NCBI GenBank assembly: GCA_030390025.1
Contig: JASTWF010000277.1
Coordinates: forward strand, 310,001 to 374,000
Reading direction: 5' to 3'
Length of the DNA: 64,000 nucleotides
Origin: Squalus acanthias
Taxonomy: Eukaryota
How positions within the stretch are numbered: the stretch's first letter is position 1; every line of letters begins with the position of its first letter. The position numbers and the translations under genes are program-made. Below, one piece after another: positions 62,603-64,000 of this stretch. The notes under the pieces are model-generated. The model was given only the letters and a program-made list of their open reading frames with translations, was not told the origin of the DNA and did no database searches.

Positions 62603-63064
62603 GTGAGCGGTGAGATTGTAGCAATAAGTGAAACACTGTGTCTATTTCCAATGTTTGTGTAAGGGCCAAGTGCTATAATGGACTACTCTGATAATTCAGA
62701 TTGGTTATTCCACTGACGAAATATTCTGGGACCCGAGAACATGCATTTAAGGGGAAGCGAGATAAGTTCATGAGGGAAAAAAGAATAGAAGGATATATTA
62801 TTGGGGTAAGCTGAAGTAAGGTGGGAGGTGTCTCCTGTGGCGGAAAAAACTTCGGCACAGAGCTGTTGGACCGAAAGGCCTGTTTCTGTGCTGTAAATTC
62901 AACTCTCCAAGCACTCAGAGAGAAGGATTGCATATTCCTCAGCTGCGGGCTGGAAACTGAACAGGGTGCAGAGGAGAAAATAATTCCTTCATCAATTTCA
63001 GCGGAAAGCACATTTCTTTCTCAGCCACTGGTAACTGAAGTGAGGGCCACACACGAACACGAAA

Positions 63065-64000
63065 AGTACTCCCAACCAGAGAGAGAGAAAAGAGCAATAG
63101 TTAACTCACTTTACCCCTCTCCAAAACCAGAGAGAGGGGAAAGGGCAATTGTTAATTCACTGTACCCCCACTCCCCACCAGAGAGAGAGAAAAGAGCAAT
63201 AGTTAACTCACTTTACGCCTCTCCAAAACCAGAGAGAGGGGAAAGGGCAATTGTTAACTCACTGTACCCCCACTCCCCACCAGAGAGAGGGGAAAGGACA
63301 ATTGTTAACACACTGTACAACCACTCCCCACCAGAGAGAGAGAAAAGAGCAATAGTTAACTCACTTTACCCCTCTCCAAAACCAGAGAGAGGGGAAAGGG
63401 CAATAGTTAACTCACTGTACCCCCACTCCCCCATCAGAGAGAGGGGAAAGGGCAATTGTTAACTCACTGTACCCCCACTCCCCACCAGAGAGAGAGAAAA
63501 GAGCAATTGTTAACACATTGTACCCACACTCCCCCATCAGAGAGAGGGGAAAGGGCAATTGTTAACCCACTGTACCCACACTCCCCCACCCGAGAGAGGG
63601 GAAAGGGCAATTGTTAACACATTGTACCCCCACTCCCCCATCAGAGAGAGGGGAAAGGGCAATTGTTAACACATTGTACCCCCACTCCCCCACCAGAGAG
63701 AGGGGAAAGGGCCATTGTTAACTCACTGTACCACCACTCCCCACCAGAGAGAGGGGAAAGGGCAATTGTTAACTCACTGTACACACACTCCCCCATCAGA
63801 GAGAGGGGGAAGGGCAATTGTTAACCCACTGTACCCACACTCCCCCACCCGAGAGAGGGGAAAGGGCAATTGTTAACCCACTGTACCCTCACTCCGCCAC
63901 CAGAGAGAGGGGAAAGGGCAATTGTTAACTCACTGTACCCACACTCCCCCATCAGAGAGAGGGGAAAGGACAATTGTTAACCACTGTACCCCACTACCCC
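63065..64000. repeat. ~51-bp tandem repeat running off the window
   Basis: Unit CACTCCCCACCAGAGAGAGGGGAAAGGGCAATTGTTAACTCACTGTACCCC. Confidence 0.95.

Noticed and set aside
62821-63462. 213-aa ORF with 17-aa repeats
   Set aside because: It is a CR1 3'UTR remnant running into the 51-bp tandem repeat.

Overview
Repeat-rich cartilaginous-fish (shark-like) genomic DNA; the lineage is inferred from the IgM exons and the CR1/SINE families. 1-39 kb: a decaying tRNA gene cluster with about 28 tRNA-derived sequences (Val, Phe, Gln, Lys, Ile, Asp, Pro, Leu, Glu, Trp). Only tRNA-Trp(CCA) looks fully canonical. The cluster is built from short modules duplicated in direct and inverted orientation and is interrupted by CR1/L2 LINE fragments, SINEs, Harbinger MITEs and a Harbinger transposase remnant. 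39-45.4 kb: a CpG-rich promoter-like patch, a SINE-derived minisatellite and a fragmented endogenous viral envelope gene. Its protein resembles paramyxovirus-type F fusion proteins (lokiretrovirus-like) and can be rejoined in frame after removing a Harbinger MITE and a young CR1 with an open ORF2. 47-64 kb: several satellites around a 500-N gap, including a ~9 kb AGCT-rich 22-bp array carrying six hammerhead-like inserts. These are followed by two pseudogenised IgM heavy-chain constant exons (Cmu2, Cmu3). No intact host protein-coding gene is evident. All comparisons to known sequences are from memory, not database searches.
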